Origin: Octopus vulgaris
Taxonomy: Eukaryota
Length of the DNA: 64,000 nt
Assembly: GCA_951406725.2 (NCBI GenBank)
Contig: OX597821.1
Span: 45,818,001 to 45,882,000, forward strand
Reading direction: 5' to 3'
Part shown: piece by piece, positions 63,366 to 64,000 of the stretch
Numbering within the stretch: the stretch's first letter is position 1
Layout of the letters: each line of letters opens with the position of its first letter
The notes under the pieces: generated by a model
Databases searched by the model: none
Seen by the model: only the letters and a program-made list of their open reading frames with translations
Told to the model about the DNA's origin: nothing
Position numbers and translations under genes: made by a program

Positions 63366-63671
63366 TACGCACATATATCTTTTATCATCAATTTGCTTCA
63401 GTCAAACGGTTGCAGCAATGCTAGGGTAATACTTTCAGGAACTTTTATCGAATGAAACAATCCTAGTAGATTTTTGTTTAAGCCTGGTACTTTTGTTTTG
63501 CCGAACCGTCAAGTTGTGTGAACATAAACAAACCAATACCGGTTGTGTAGCGGTGGTGGGGGACATAATATTGTATATTATTTGTCTATATATGTGCATA
63601 AACATGTATGTATGCATGTATGTATGTATGTATGTATGTTTTTATGTATGTATGTATGTATGTATGTATAA

Positions 63672-64000
63672 ATGACGTGGCACTCCGTCGTTTACGACGA
63701 CGAAGGTTACAGCTGATCCAGTCAACAGAACAGCCTGCTCATGAAATAAGGTGCAAGTGGCTGAGCACTTCACAGACACGTGTACCCTTAACGTAGTTCT
63801 CGGAGAAATTCAGCGTAACTCAGAGTGTGACAAGGCTACCCTTTGAAATACAGGTCCAACAGAAACAGGAAGAAAAAGTGAGAGTAGTAGTGAAAGAATA
63901 CAGCTGGATGCGTCACCATCCCCTGCCGGAGCTACGTGGGGCTTTAGGTGTTTTCACTTCATAAAAGCTCGCAACACTCGGTCTGGGAATCCTAAACACT
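63672..64000. mobile_element. SINE-like interspersed repeat, truncated by the window edge
   Basis: GC-balanced block gacgtggcactccgtcg...gtggctgagcact.cacagacacgtgtacccttaacgtagttctc, recognised as a repeat type. No second copy in the window. Confidence 0.55.

Overview
AT-rich, microsatellite-saturated eukaryotic DNA. The SINE families and the (TATG)n/(TAA)n load look like a coleoid cephalopod, probably Octopus (inference from recognised repeat sequence, not verified). Almost every ORF in the supplied track is a microsatellite artefact. The one clear host gene is a spliced, + strand Polycomb-group RING finger gene (BMI1/PCGF2-4/Psc type): four solid exons at 29383-36236, two candidate upstream exons, and no RAWUL-domain exons found in the window. 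The rest is decayed mobile DNA: RTE, L1/Tx1 and R4/Dong-like LINEs, Penelope-like elements, hAT, Tc1/mariner, Helitron, Helentron/DINE-like elements and many tRNA-derived SINEs. The most interesting signal is about 10 minimal type-I hammerhead-ribozyme folds, most in repeats resembling Penelope pseudo-LTRs. They include canonical C3-G8 cores, four copies of a U3-A8 core in which only the free position N7 varies (A/C/G/U), and one G3-C8 core. These are natural compensatory swaps of the 3:8 tertiary base pair, and the U3-A8 copies lie in long inverted repeats. All folds and translations were made by eye, and no ribozyme activity is shown.
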